64,000 nt of DNA from the human T2T-CHM13v2.0 reference genome, Homo sapiens: assembly GCF_009914755.1 (NCBI RefSeq), contig NC_060932.1. One strand, written 5' to 3'. This document shows, piece by piece, positions 32,964 to 49,956 of the stretch. The notes below the pieces were generated by a model that did not search any database, was not told the origin of the DNA, and saw only the letters and a program-made list of their open reading frames with translations. Made by a program: the position numbers and the translations under genes. The stretch's first letter is position 1. Each line of letters starts with the position of its first letter.

Positions 32964-33394
32964 CAGTTGACCCTTGAACACATGGGTTTGAACTACTCAA
33001 GTCTACTTATATGCAGATTTTCTCCCATCTCTGCCACCACCCCTGATACAGCAAGGCCAACCCCTCCTCTGCCTCCTCTCCTCTTAGCCTACTCAATGTG
33101 AAGAGCTTTGTGAGGATCTACTTCCACTTACTGAATAATAAATATATTTTCTCTTCTTCATTCTTTTCTTAATAACATTTTCTTTTTATAGCTTACTTTA
33201 GTGTAAAAATACAGTATATAATATACAAAATATGTGTGAACTGACTTAATGCTACTGGTAAGGCTTCTGGTCAACAGTAGGCTATTCGTAGTTCAGTTTT
33301 GGGGGAGTCAAAAGTCATACAAGTTATAAAGGGATTTTCAACAGCACACACAGGGGTCAGCCCCCCTAACCCCAGGGTTGTTTAAGATCGAATG
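32964..33394 (+). mobile_element. Tigger2a-like DNA transposon
   Basis: cagttgacccttgaaca TIR with a degenerate 3' TIR, homologous to the element at 46000. Confidence 0.75.
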
Positions 33395-33920
33395 ACTTTT
33401 TTTTATACTTCACAAATGTTTTCCTGTGTGTTGCACCCCCTCTTTAGTAATACTAGAAACACTTTAAGGGCAGTGAATCCTATGTGAAATGTATAAAAAT
33501 GCTGGGCACAGAGTACTAATTTTAATTTGGCTTACTGTCAAAATACAGCAATATTTAGGTGTAGTCATTTGATTAAAAATACTAGGAACTCTAAAATATT
33601 TCTATCACTGGGACATATGAGGAGAAAGAAGTAGCTGCTGGCTGCTTTAGGTTAGCTCTGCCTACAACTTGGAAAGATCATCAAAGGACCACAGGCCCAG
33701 GGTCTAGTATACAGTTTTTCATCTTCAGAAACTTGAATATGCTTAAGCTCTAGGGAAATTATTCATATTAACCAAATTAAGAGACTGAATAAGTCAGAAT
33801 GAAAATGTATTGACCTATGAGACCTGCCTATTTAGACCAATCAGTCTATGCACGTGCATTCTGTCCCATGAAAGAACGTCCCCAGGGAAAGTCAAACCAC
33901 TAACAGAAGGTGTCTGGTGA

Positions 33921-34097
<177 letters not shown>

Positions 34098-34886
34098 TAA
34101 TGCACAAGTTCTTAACCAAGAACACGTATTAGAATCACTTGAAAAGGCTTTTTTAAAAATGCTCATGCCTGGGTCCTACTCTCAAACAAACTCTGAATTA
34201 ATCCATATGTGTTGAGGCCTGGACTAATGTAATTTTAAGAGCTTCCCAGGATATTATATTATGTACCACTAATTAATAATTGACCAATAGATAATATCTT
34301 TATACTGTGACAGCCTGATGCAGCATCTCCATCATAGAGATTTACCAGTTTGACTTCTCATCTCAAGCTAATCGCGACACTATCTCTTCTGACTCCATGT
34401 ACACTTCAATTATGAGTTATGATATTGTTACTGGTTACGTTCCACTCACATTTCCTAAAGAAAGACCTAACATCTTAATTGAACTTGGGAAACAATTTAG
34501 TTTCAATAGAAACATAGTTACAAGCCATTGCTTAAAGGTTATTTATACATGTAGAAGGCTCATTTCTGCCCTTTTATATCAATCCTTATTTGCTATGAAG
34601 TTAGAGAAAAGGCTTTTCTGAATAAATATCAGACTATAAATTATGTACCCTATTTGAAGTATCCTATGCCTATTATTAGTGACTGCATGGCAACAATGGA
34701 GAAACACTCAGAGCCCCCTGCTGCTTTCTTCAAGAATGTACAAACATATTCTAAATTAACTGGTATACTCTGGGCCATCATAAGGTCTTCCTTTTAATGA
34801 AGAAATTTTTGGCTATTTTTACCGTGCTTCGTGCCCAAAGGGTTTGATTTTTATCACTGTATATAGAATCAGTTTTTTTTAAGTTG

Positions 34887-35361
<475 letters not shown>

Positions 35362-35562
35362 GCATCATTAAGTTTCTCCAGAATAAGATTATATATATAT
35401 AGATTATATATATAGATTTTATATATAATATATATACATATATACATATATATCTGAGCCCCTATTTCCTCACCAAAAAAATGGGGATGGTAACTAGTAC
35501 TTATTCCAGAGTTTTGTAAATAATAAATAAAATAACACTAATAAAGCACTTAGTGATTGGTA

Positions 35563-35903
35563 CAGGTTGACCATCCTTTATCCAAAATACTTGGGAACAG
35601 AAGTGGTTCAGATTTCAGATTTTTTCAGATTTTGGAATATTTGCATCTTGGGCATGGGCTGCAAGTCTAAACACGAAATTCATTTATATTTCATATATAC
35701 CTTATACACATAGCCTGAAGGTAATTTTATACAGTATTTTTAATAACTTTGTGCATGAAACAAAGTCTGTGCGCACTTAACATCAGAAAGCAAAGATGTC
35801 AGGTATGGAATTTCCCACCTGTGATGTCATGTTGGCACTCAAAAAGTTTTGAATTTTGGAGCATTTTGAATTTCTAATTTCCAGATTAGGAATGCTCAAC
35901 CTG
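35563..35903 (+). mobile_element. Tigger4 (Zombi) derivative inserted in a MIR
   Basis: TIRs caggttga/tcaacctg with TA on both sides. Confidence 0.8.
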
Positions 35904-36435
35904 TATATAATTAGTGCTTAATAACTGTTAGCTAATATTATTAATACCAAAATGTGATTTTCCATGGGTTGAGCTTAAGATGATTTTTATTTTCTTTGTG
36001 ATTTTCTGAATTTTCTAAATTTTATGCACAATCATGTATCACTTTCAAAATGAGAAAAAAATAAATTATTTTTAATGGCACATTTTGTATTTGTCAGCAC
36101 CAAACAAACAAAACTGACAGACTATATTAACATAAAATAGGAAGGGAGACGATCGCCAAGTATTAGATAAGGTGCCAAAGGGGATTGGGCACAAACTATA
36201 GAAGGCAGTACCTCAAACTCATCTCTTCCCTACTTCAGCTCTAGGAGTGTGGACATGCTCTGAAGAACAAATGAAAGGCTGGATAAGCTCTACAGCAGAA
36301 CCATACTAGATAGCCAGCAGAGCTTTTTGAAAACCCACAAATGCAACCTCAGAAATTAGCCCTGTCTGCCCTCTTAGATTCATATACTATAGAACCCTCA
36401 TATCCCTGACACAGTTTCAGATACTATGCACTTAC

Positions 36436-36726
36436 CTTTATAGAGTTGAACAAAAGGCAGGGGTGATTGCACAGTTTTTTAAGAGCTCCTATACATATTA
36501 GATGGGGACTATTTTCCAACAACCCTTGAAGGCAGAACCTGACAACCTGAGAATTTAACAGCTTTCGATAAAGCTCAATCTGTAGTGCTCCTGGTCGGCA
36601 AAAGACAACATTCTCTATTTTAGGTGGGAGATATTTATTTATAATTTCTTGGGTTCTTCTAAGGATAAAGAGTCCAGTGAGGCAAGTAAGTTCAGCTGCT
36701 CTTCTTTCTCCTAACTCCTTTTCTTC
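36436..36726 (-). CDS. RAD54B: RAD54B exon 10 (291 bp, phase 0-0)
   Basis: EEKELGERRAAELTCLTGLFILRRTQEIINKYLPPK...LKKLCNHPCLLFNSIK, with SNF2 LRR and CNHP motifs. AG/GTAAGT boundaries. Confidence 0.95.
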
Positions 36727-37022
36727 CTATGGAAAAATAGCAGACTTAAATGAAAGTGTTATAGACAAAAATACACTTAAAATGAACATTAAAGATTTCA
36801 TAATGATAAACCATTTACTCATTGCTTCCCAACAAATTTTAAAAGAAATAAAATATGAGTATAGGGACAGAAAAACCAACCATGATCTATTTATATGTTT
36901 AGCATAACCATTTAATTAAGTGAAGTCACAGTCTCCTAAATAACAAAATAATGATATATCCTATAATTGGTAGAATCTTAGAGTCAATGAAATATAGTCT
37001 GTATACAACACGTAGACCATAA

Positions 37023-37951
<929 letters not shown>

Positions 37952-38572
37952 AGCTAAGTTTTTAAATAAATGTACTTTTTTTTATAATAAATTCATAAAA
38001 GGAGTATTGCCAGGCCACAAGATATACACAATTTTAATGCTTTTGATATACATTGCCAAACTTTCCCCAAGTTGTGCCAACATACATTCCAACCAACAAT
38101 TTACATTCCAAATAGGAGACTCTTGTCTACACTTGCTACTACTAGTAAATCCAAGTTGGGGAGGTGGTATACACCTGCAGTCCCAGCTACTCGGGAGGCT
38201 GAGGCAAAAGGATACTCCAGGAGTTCAAGGCCAGACTGGGCAACGCAGAGTGACACCATCTCTAAATAAACAAACACACACCAATAGAAAAGTACAAAAG
38301 TCACTTTGGTTATTTTGTTCTACTTTTTTCAAAACTAGTAAAGATGAACATTTTTATATGTTTATTGTCATAATTCTTTGTGAAGTTCCTATTCATGAAT
38401 TTTAGACAAGTGATGTCATATTCTAAAATAAGGAATGCAAGAAACGAAGGATTGTGGAGAAAAATAAAGAGTTCACACTATTGATTTTTCTAAATCAAAA
38501 TAATATGAAGTTATGGATGATTTCCTCAGACATACGGCTTTTTAAAAACCTATTTATTAGAGTAAATTATAC

Positions 38573-38712
38573 CTCAGAAGCAGAAGGTTCTCTCGATAAA
38601 ATGATGGGTTCTTCATATATTTTCCTATAAGATGACAAAGAGCCTAATATTCCTGGATTTACAAAATCAATTAATGCAAAAAATTCTTGCAGATCATTCT
38701 GAATTGGAGTAC
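38573..38712 (-). CDS. RAD54B: RAD54B exon 9 (140 bp), motif III
   Basis: (G)TPIQNDLQEFFALIDFVNPGILGSLSSYRKIYEEPIILSREPSASE, translated by hand. AG/GT boundaries. Confidence 0.95.
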
Positions 38713-41540
38713 CTAAAGAGAGACAAAAATGAGTAAAAGGTCAAGTTTGTGTTTTACAATCACAATCTCAGGTTTATAGCAAAACCACAATGGAAGTTTG
38801 GAGAAATTTATTCCCTAAAAGGAATAAATACAAGCAAATTGCCTAAAACTAAGAAAGAGCAGTCAAAGCAAGTTAAAACATATTAATCACCACATAAACT
38901 TTTAACTCTGGTTTTAATTGCATACTAAGTTCTTACATAGTAGTATAGCATAGAGACTGAGTGCAGGCTCAGTGGAGTCTGACTGCTTAGGTTCAAATCC
39001 TACCTGCATCACTTACTCCCTGAGTGACCCTGAGAAAGTTATTTACACCAGTTTATTTTCTGTAAAATGCAGATAATAACAGTCGTTCCTAGGGTTGTGA
39101 GGATCAAAGTAGTCAATCCATATAATATACTTTGAATGGTGCCTACAGCATAATAAATGTTCTATAACTTTAGTAATTTTACTGTTATTATAGCTGTGTG
39201 ACTTTGGACAAACTGCTTAAGTCCTTTAAACTCAGAATTTTTTTTTCATTTATAAACGTATAAAGATAATAAATTCCCAGAATAATTATAATGAAAAGTA
39301 GAGACAATGGATATGAAGTACCCAGCAAAATGCCTGACACTCAGTAGACACTCATTGAATGGCACCTATTATTACTACCTTTCAAAGTTATCAGATCAAA
39401 TTAAGATCTTCACCATCCAAAGGGTTAATACAGACTGTAATGGATTCATATACCTTCTATATATTACATATAGTATGCAATAGCTTTAGGCTAATTTTCA
39501 AAGAAACATTAGCATGTTTCAATAATTATAATAGTGCCAAAAGAACATATAAATCAGCACAAACAATGTAATATCAGATGGCTTTCAAATAAGAGATTAG
39601 AAAATGTTGTCCAAAGATATAAATAATGTGAAAAGTAAATAAAAATGCATTTATTTCATTAAGATAGATGACATAACTTTTTTAATGTCAAGGAATTTAA
39701 TAATCACCTCCCTAAAACTTAATGGGTCCTCCCCACCCCCAGCTTGGACCAGCAATTGCTAATTTTTTTAAATTTAACACATCTAGTCAGTTTTAAATTT
39801 TTAGACACATCATTGAAAGAGTTGGGAAAAATACATTTATGTTGGTATATATTCAGTTAAGCCTCTAAAAGAATATGCATGATGATGACAAAGATTGGGG
39901 AGTATAGGAAAGACGAGAAAGAACGGTAGAAGGATCACTGTGGTTGGCTTTCAGACATTCATCAAACCCCAAATGATTAAGTCAATCATGGTAATTCTGT
40001 CCCCTCCTTTGCAAATGACTGACATACGCAAGGGTTCTTGTCTCATACTGCGTTCACTGGAAGCAGAGCCTAAGACAGTGATTTGTTTGCATGTGATTTA
40101 CAGAGGGAGAGCTCTCAGGAGAAAGGGAATAATGGAATCAGAAAATGGTAGGGGAAGAAACTAAGCAAGAATGGCCTCAGCTATAATTTAGCTTGAGCTA
40201 AATTACAGGGAGCTCTAGAGCATAAACTGCACCATAACGTTGGTCCTGAAATCACTCTAAGGCAAGGGAGCTGCCATTTGCTGCTTACCCCTAAATCAGT
40301 CAGTCGTTGATTGCAAACTATAGAGGAGAATACAGCTCTCATTCAATCAAAGATAATTCTCCAGAAAAGGAAGGGGTTCTAAGTTGTTTAATCAATAGTA
40401 CCAGCAGCTAAAGGATGGATACAACAGCCCAGAAAAGGAGAGCTAGAAAGGGCACCAAGAAGTTCCATCAGTAGCATGTGACTCATCCTGGCCAATGAGA
40501 CATGAGAAGTCATCACAGAGGGGCTTTGAGGAAAGTCCCTCTTAAACACAGAGAAACAAGAAGAGCCAGTCCTGTTCTCCTTTGGATATCATCACATCTA
40601 GCTGTGATGTCTGGAACTGCTGCAGTCACTTGCTACCAGCCTGAGGATGAAGCCAACACCAAATATGGCAGAGCAGAAGACATAACCAGAATCCTTGATG
40701 ACAACGTTGGGTTGTTGTAGCCTGGCCTACCTTTAGACTTCCAGTTATATGGGGGAATAAGCACATCTGATTCAGATCATCTGTTACCAGCATCTGAAAT
40801 CATCCCAACTGATATACAAAGGGAAGAGGCAAGAACAAAACTGGACAAAAGAAGAAAAGCAGAACACAAGAAGGGAATAGGAAAAAGGATTTAGGGCAGA
40901 AAAGAAGAAGGAAAAAGAGTAAGGAAGGGGGGAAAAAGATGAGAAGGGGAATATGGCTACAAGACAGAACCAATTGTATAGTATAGCATCATTGTAAGAG
41001 TTTGTCACATTGCTTTCTAGTGGTAATTTAGATCCCCATTTGCTATTTCAGTGCTCTAATTCTAGACTAGGTAAAACCTGTAGAAGAAAAAAAAAAAACT
41101 AAAGATTTTCAAGTCAAGTTGGTGTACTTACTAAGACTATTTTCAAGAGTATGGGAAAGAAACTTCTGAGAAAATGAAAGGACTCTTTCTTTTCCCTACC
41201 TCCACCCTATCCCTACAAAAAAAAAAAAGCTTTTTCTTTGTTTTTTGGTTTGTTTTTTTAAAAAAGAAATAAATCTACCACCCAACCCAACACTGTCAAT
41301 AACCTACACCTATATCCTCCTGTAACCTCCATAGAAAGCTCTGAGAGCTTTTTATACACATTTATATTTTTCCTTTTAATCCTATAAGCCCACTTCTAGG
41401 AATCTATACACAAAGAGTATATGCTTGTAGATACTCATCACCACATTATTTATAACAGTAAAGAATTAATCTCAGATTTATCTTTTCTATGATATAATGA
41501 AAGGGCATTGAAGATCTTATAATAATCATTCAGCTCTTAA

Positions 41541-41915
41541 TTGTGGGCTGAACTGTATCTCCCTAAAATTCCTATGTTGAAGCTCTAACCCCCAATGTGA
41601 CTGTTTTTGGAGATAGGACCTTTAAGAAGGCAGTTAAGGTTAAATGAGGTCCTAAGGATGGGGCCCTAATCCAATATGACTGGTGTCCTTCTAAGAAGAG
41701 AGAGAGATACTCCACGAATACATTTGCAGAGAGGATAGAGTACATGAGGACATAGGGAGAAGGCAGCTCTCTGCAAGCCAAGCAGGGAGACCTCAATAGA
41801 AACCAAACCTGCTGACATCTTGATCTTGGACTTCCAGTCTCGAGAACTGTGAGAAAATAAATGTCTGTTGTTTAGTCTGTGGTCTTTTGCTATGGCAGTG
41901 CTACAAGACTAATAC
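41541..41915 (+). mobile_element. MLT1A/B MaLR LTR
   Basis: tgtgggctgaactgt...gggccctaatccaatatgactggtgtcctt...gactaatac. Confidence 0.8.
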
Positions 41916-44242
41916 CCCTCTATCAATCAAACTGAATCCTAACCATTTTCCAGTAAATATTAACTCCACAGCACTGGGCTAGATAATATGAGGAAACAAA
42001 ATCAAAATTATTTTCATTTGATTCTTAGTTATTGAGCACCTATCATGTATATATCACTGTACATACTCCTATACAAACATGTACTTTCATAATAAGGAAC
42101 AAATCATCCTGGGGTAAAACGTCCTGCCCATAAAAGCAAAGACTTCATTCAGGCAATTCTAAGAATACAGAAACCAACTATGAGTATTTCTAAATTAAAA
42201 AGGTTAGTTAGGGCTAGTTTTTACCTAAATTCATAGCTCAGGGGATAAGAGTGATAAGGACAGCAAAACAGAAACAAGCTAAGATTGACAAAGGATACAG
42301 AGGACAATACTAATGCCTCAAATGAAACAATCTCACTGGTTGCTATCAAGACATTCTTGTTGAATGAAATCCTAGATCAATTTTCTACTGCAGATTAAAT
42401 TTAATTTGGAATGTTAAATTAGTATTTGCTTATCATTGAGTATATCAATAAAATTATATATTTTTGCTACAGAAAATTATGATTTTCAAGTGAGGAAGGG
42501 AACTACTTTTATTTCTTATCTTCAGTACTTTTCAGTATATTTTATTTCTCACTCTTCTTTTTTATTTATTTTTCTTCTCCCTTCTAGTGCTAAACATTTT
42601 TACTTTATATCTGCAACTATTCTTTAAATAAGCAATACTGACCCCCATCCTTAAGCAGTAAGAAGAAACAGTCTTTTTCTCTTCTAACTCAGTGTTACTA
42701 AATTCAGCTAACTCATTTTTTTTTTCATTACTTTTCTGGCTCCAGTGATCTCAAGATCAAAGGCCAGTAAAGAAATCTGAACTGCAGCACTGGAAATCAA
42801 GTATAACGAATCCACTCAGCTTCTCAAACAGCCAAAGATATGAAAATCATTCAGAGTATGGTTCCTATTTCCCTGACTCATTTTTTCCTTTAAAAATGGC
42901 ATTTTATAAATATTCAACACTAGTTTTCCTATTCTTTGGTTTCCACTTCACTATTATTGACAAACATTCATTGGGCATCCAGAAAATCTTGGGGGTATAA
43001 CTATGAAATTTGACCCTAGTCCTTTTGTCTTTATCATCGTGATTAAATTCAAAAAATAAAAAGGTCATTTAGCATTTCCCAAAATCATTTTTTTAAAGCA
43101 CAGATCATTTTAAAAATCGCTTTTGATAATGGTTAATACAATCCTCCTATACAAATTGGAAGTCAAATCATGAGGAATTTCTTAAAGGTGGATAGTCTTC
43201 CCCACCCCAACACAGTAAGAACAGAAGAGGAGGAGTTTTCTCCTCTCTGTTGTTCTGGGGCATATTTCCACCCTATCAGTATAGGAAGGAGGTACAAGTT
43301 TTTGGTCATACTCCTTCTCTCTCTTCATTTAACTTCAGAGAGCTGTGACATGCATAAACGACACATGAAGGAAAAAATGACGATGACACAGTAAGAATAA
43401 TCATATCCTGACCATTCCTTCCAAAAGGGCTGAAGATGGTAGGGAAAATGAAGCCCCAAGTAGAAAATAGGGGAATTGTAAATATTAGTAATGAATACAA
43501 TTCTCTTCTTTATTCTGCTGACACAACGGCAAAGTGGAAGGGCCATACAAGACCAAGATGAGATATGGGAGAAAAGCTACATTGAGCTACTTAGATCATA
43601 CTCCAGTCTAGGCCTTAAATAAAAAGGTAGAAGAGGATTCTCGTATTTACCATCCATTCCACCTTTCCAGACAGTTGGGTCCAGAAGCTCTGTCCAACAA
43701 TAAACCATGCATATGTAGCATATACATATAAAAATAACTGATATTTATATTAAACACTTACCACATGTCAGGTAGTTATAAATAACTGATATTAAACACT
43801 TACCACGTGTCAGGTAGTTTCCCAAGAACTTTACATTGATTAACTCCTCTGACCCTCATGAGAACTCTACAAAGTTAGATGGTATTATCATTCCTATTTT
43901 AGAGATTTAAAAAAACTGAGGCACAGAGACACTAAATAATTTGCTCCAAGTTGTACAGCTATGTCAGACTCGGGAACCAAGCACAAGCAATCCAGTCTGA
44001 TCTCCTAAATTCCTTATCATGATATCATTGTGTTTATTCCTAAAAAACTCCAAAGTCTGGGCTACAGAAAATTACACATGGATTTGAAGATTCAGAATCC
44101 TACCAAGAGTTAATTAACACAGGTTTATTAGTATAAATTCCATCCAACACCACCAGTTATTTGAATGTTAAGCATCATAGTACAAGTCTGTATGTTCACT
44201 AGGCAAAAATTCCAAAATATCTTCCCCAAACTGAATACTGAC

Positions 44243-44450
44243 CAGTTAGAATTATTCTTTTCTCACAAGAAAGGCTAATGAGGGCTGTAGTTGTCTTAAT
44301 GGCACTGTTCTTCAAACGATGCCCCTCGTCACAGATTAGAAGATCAAATTTTATATTCTTAATTTGATCCAGGGAACGAAGTAACATTTCATAACTGATA
44401 ATAAGAACAGAATAAAATATAGACTTGATGAATTCTTCAACTTTGTGGTC
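44243..44450 (-). CDS. RAD54B: RAD54B exon 8 (208 bp), Walker B DEGH (motif II)
   Basis: DHKVEEFIKSIFYSVLIISYEMLL...LLICDEGHRLKN...RIILT(G). AG/GTCAGT boundaries. Confidence 0.97.
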
Positions 44451-44564
44451 CTGAGGAAAAAAGATAGTATTTTAAAAATCAGGAACAGAAACTATATGAA
44501 ATCAAATTTAAGCAGCCTATTCCTGACAGTCACTTACTAAGAACTGGAATGTGTTAACTCTTTC

Positions 44565-44930
44565 TGTCTTAGTCAACTGAGGCTGCTATAAACAAAATAC
44601 CATAGATTGGGTGGCTTAAACAACAGACATTTATTTCTCACAGTTCTGGTGGAAGGTCTAAGATCAGGGTGCTAGCATGGTTGGGTTCTGGTGAGAGCCC
44701 TCTTCCTGGCTTGCAGAAGAATGCTTTTTACTGTATCCTCACATGGTAAAGAAAGGAAGTTCTGGTGTCTCTTGCTCTGGTTACGGAGGCACTAATCTCA
44801 TCACGTGGCTCTACCCTCACGACCTCATTTAAACCTAATTACCTCCCAAGCCCACCTCCTAATACTGCTATATTGAAAGTTAGGGTTTCAACATATGAAT
44901 CTGGGGGACACAAACATTCAGTCCATAACA
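44565..44930 (-). mobile_element. MLT1A-like MaLR LTR, in the same orientation as RAD54B
   Basis: tgtcttagtc...ggctgctata...aaataccataga...cattcagtccataaca. Confidence 0.8.
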
Positions 44931-45066
44931 ACTCAAAACCAAAATGTAAGCTAAAACTCCATTTTTGTGCAAAAGGGTTAGGGAGTTAACAAGTAAAAAC
45001 TGAATTACTGATTTGAAAAACTAGATTTTTTTTAAATGACTAAGGCTAAACTTTTAAGTTTCTTAC

Positions 45067-45292
45067 CTGATCAACAGTAAATATCTTGATCCTTTCACTT
45101 CCTAGCCATTTTTGAAATTCTTTCTTCCAATTATTCACCAAGCTTCCAGGTGTGACAATTAGTGTCTTCTTTATTACTGGCTTGCCTCCATAGGGTCCCT
45201 GACACTGCAGGGTCCAGATGAGCGAAATACATTGCAATGTCTTCCCTAAACCCATTTCATCAGCAAGAATAGCTCCACATCTGCCATTCATT
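45067..45292 (-). CDS. RAD54B: RAD54B exon 7 (226 bp), Walker A (motif I) and motif Ia
   Basis: [21 protein letters not shown]...[20 protein letters not shown]...VDQ. AG/GTAAG boundaries. Confidence 0.97.
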
Positions 45293-45999
45293 CTGTTAGA
45301 AATAATTTTACTTCCTTTAATCACAATAGAAAAATATTTTATGCTCTTAAAATCATCAAGAACCAGAAACTGATATTTTGTAATGACACTGAAGACTTTT
45401 AGTACTTCATTAGCTGATTTACAACACATCTTTTGCATCTTTGATAATTATATCCATTACATATTGTCAACTAAATTACCAAAACATAAATCTGAAATTA
45501 GAGAGTTGAATCTAAATCATCTGCTACTATTACATGTACATATTTAGAGGCTAGAAATGAATTCCAATTTTATATCTGCATATGGATAATTTAACTATAA
45601 CTGTGTTTCTCATCACTAAGAGTTGAGTGATTTTTATTGGTTTCAGATATCAAAACAGTTTAAAATATATTGTTGTATTATATTTAATCAGCAAGATCTA
45701 CTGAGCTGTATTTTATGATTCTGTCAGTAAATGAAGTCCTCAACAAAAATAGCTCCCTGCATCATAAAAAAATTAAACACTAAACACTTGATATAATACA
45801 CATAATTTAGTAAAAGTTGTTATCCTACAGACCTACTGTTATATAATTTAAAATTAAATGTTATTAGAGATATTATTAGTAAGACCATGTATTTTTATGC
45901 CACTTTATATTTTTAAAGACCTTAGAAGTGTATGTTTTATATTTTTAAAGTTAAGAAAGTCCAAGGGAATTAAGGATATTACAAAAATACATAAGTATA

Positions 46000-46483
46000 C
46001 AGTTGACCACTGAACAAGAAGGGTTTGAACTGTGAAAGTCCACTTATATATGGGTTTTTTTCAATAAATGTTATAAATGAGTGTGCCTACCTCTCTTGCC
46101 TCCCTTCTATCTCCTCCACCTCTTCCGCCACCTCTGCCACTCCTGAGACAACAAAACCAACCCTTCCTCTTCCTCCTCTTCCTCAGCCTACTCAACATGA
46201 TAAGGATGAAGAGCTTTATGATGATCCATTTCCTCTTAATGAACAGTAAATACATTTTCTCTTCCTTATGGTTTTCTTCATGCTTTCTTTTTTCTGGCTT
46301 TCTTGTAAAAATACAGTATATAATACATATATGAAATTATGTGTAAATTGAGTGTTTATGTTATCAGTAAGGCTTCCAGTCAACGGTAGTTTATTAGTTA
46401 AGTTTCTGCAAAAGTTATATGCAGATTTTTGACTACACAGTGGGTCAGCACCCCTAACTCCTGAGTTGTTCAAGAGTCAACTG
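46000..46483 (+). mobile_element. Tigger2a-like DNA transposon
   Basis: TIRs cagttgaccactgaacaa/ttgttcaagagtcaactg with TA TSD. Confidence 0.82.
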
Positions 46484-47074
46484 TAGTTTGTCAGTTAATT
46501 GTATTTCTTCTTAGTAGAAATTAAGAACCAATATGCAATTTTATATATGTGTTCCATTTCAAGGTATAGAGAAAAAAATTACCAACATAAATTACGGCTA
46601 CTATTTAGGTGGCTGTTTTAGATCAATACTTTGGCAACAAAGGACCAAATGTCAGCCCAATGAGATACAGTGAATAGCAAAGAGAAAATCCAGATTCATC
46701 CTTTCATGATAAAGAGAAGGGAGCAAACAGGAAGCCTTTATGGAGATGTACCTTGAGCAAAATTGTAAAGGGTAAATAATTACTACACTAATTAGGCAGC
46801 TGAATATAGTTGGAGCTTGAACTGAAAAATATGAAGCTAGCACGGCAGGTAGAAGACAAAAGATGAGGATACTTAACCTTGAGAGTTTAGACTGTATCTT
46901 ATATATCAGCATCTCCCAAACACCAGTATTTCATGACTACCATCACGATTTGTTGTCATATCTGTGATACTATATGTTATTTATGATTTTTCTTCAAATC
47001 ATTTTAACTTAAATTTGAAAAGAAAACTCTTTCTAAGCATAATTTATCTGTGAAACCAAAAGTTTAATGTGCTA

Positions 47075-47402
<328 letters not shown>

Positions 47403-48223
47403 TAAATATGCTACTATTCAAATTTTTTTAAAGGCTTGTCCACTTGCCACCTCAAAATGGTCCCATATACTGCCAGTGGAGTAGGGATCACAGTTTGGGA
47501 AACACTGTTCTAAGTTCTGAGAGTCTCTGAATGATTTTAAATAAGGGAATGCCATGTTCAGAACTGTTTTTCAGAAAACTCAAGATGGTGGCTTTAAGTA
47601 GAATACATTATTTGAGAAGCATCAGAAGCAAATATACAGGTTAGAAGCCATTGCAATAGTCTAGATAAAATATGATATTTTTATGACATCGGTTACTAGA
47701 GATGCTGCAGTGGAATGACAGAAAAGATTAGGAAACAATATTTAGGAGGTTAAAATAATTAAAAGTTCAGGTTTGACTAGATTCAGAATGTGAGAGAGAA
47801 GAAATCAAAGATGATTCACAGACCAACTGAGATAAGACCTTCGAAAGAAAAAGCAGATTTGGGAGGAAATATGAGTCTAGTTAACAGTTTCTGGAAGACA
47901 GTATTCCCTTAACTTGTCATCATTCAAGGAGTTCTTAGAGTTGGGGAGAATTTCATTTCCAACTACCTTTAAAGGACAAATTTTAAAATCAAGGGTCTTG
48001 GCATTTAAAAACAAGGCAAAACAAAACCAAAACAAATAAACAAAAAAGACTGGAAGAAATGTTAGCAGGGGCCTTTGATTCTTTTTTTCTCCTGTTTTTT
48101 TGTGTCCTCTAAAATATCTTTAAGATACTACTATTCTTTAATCAGAAAATGCAAAAGGGAAGAAGAAACTTTTTTCTATTTTCAGATGTAGAGACAGAAG
48201 AAAATCTTTTTCCAAAATTCTCA

Positions 48224-48522
<299 letters not shown>

Positions 48523-48906
48523 TTCTTATAACCAGAATTAAAAGCCTCTTTCACTTGCTCTTATGACCCTTTACCACACTAGCAGTCGGTAAGCTTTTAT
48601 TATACCACATTAAGGTCAATTGCATTTATCTGTTTACTCAAATACTTTAAAAGCCACTTAAAAGTAAGGACCGTGGTCCTGATTCCCATATGCCCACCTC
48701 CTAGCAGTATGTTTGGCACGTGGCATCTATCAAGAACCACTTTTGGAATAAATGCACACAGTAAGCACTATTCACCTTTCCTACCAATTGAAATTCATAG
48801 TGTACCCTCAGGACTCATTATATTAGGATCTTCTTAGAAAACCATTATTGTGTTACAGGTTAAATCAAAATTCAGATTAGATTAAACAAATGATTTATTT
48901 TCCTAC

Positions 48907-49069
48907 CTCATTCCCATTACACATTCATAAAGGAATATGATTCCTTCTTTCTGATGTGGTCGAAGATGATATACAAGGTAAGGATCAATCACTACATCCA
49001 CAAGAGGGAAACAGTTCTTATTGAATACCCACTGGTGATTCTTATCTGGTCGTGGCATAACGAGGGAAT
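48907..49069 (-). CDS. RAD54B: RAD54B exon 6 (163 bp), start of the SNF2 ATPase N-lobe
   Basis: (N)[13 protein letters not shown]...[31 protein letters not shown](R), with the Q-motif LRPHQ. AG/GTAGG boundaries. Confidence 0.95.
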
Positions 49070-49553
49070 CTTAAAAAATGATAAAAGTACAAGTATTGTA
49101 ATTTCACTTTTTCAGCAACCAACATTATCTTGTTTTCATTACCCTAAGATAGAAATGTTTGCCATCATTTGTGGCCAAAAAAGTCCAAAATTTAGTCACA
49201 GTAATGTTACCCAAGGGCACAAAATTTAAAAAGAAAATCTCATGCCTTACTGATGAACGATTTCATGCAAAGAATTACGAAGAGCCTTCCAAACTTCATA
49301 TACCCAAAAGTGCTTCGAAAGCAATGAAATTCACTATTGTCTAGTAAGGAATTCAATAAGCCACAACATTGAATAGTTCAGTATTCAGAGCAAAGAGAAC
49401 TATTTCCAACTGAAAGTACAGGTTGGAATTTTGCCAAGATGCATTTGCCAATGTTCACAGCTTCTCATTCTGAAAAGTCTCCCCAAATTTAACATACAGG
49501 CTTTCTATCTTTTCAGTCCTAAACACACTAACAATGATCATTACTCCTATTAA

Positions 49554-49956
<403 letters not shown>

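Noticed and set aside
40800-40950. Purine-rich tract as possible H-DNA
   Set aside because: It is interrupted and lacks a clear mirror repeat, so it is ordinary low-complexity sequence.
43375-43415. C/D-box-like atgacga...ctga
   Set aside because: The boxes are too close together, box C is imperfect, there is no terminal stem, and it is antisense to the host gene.
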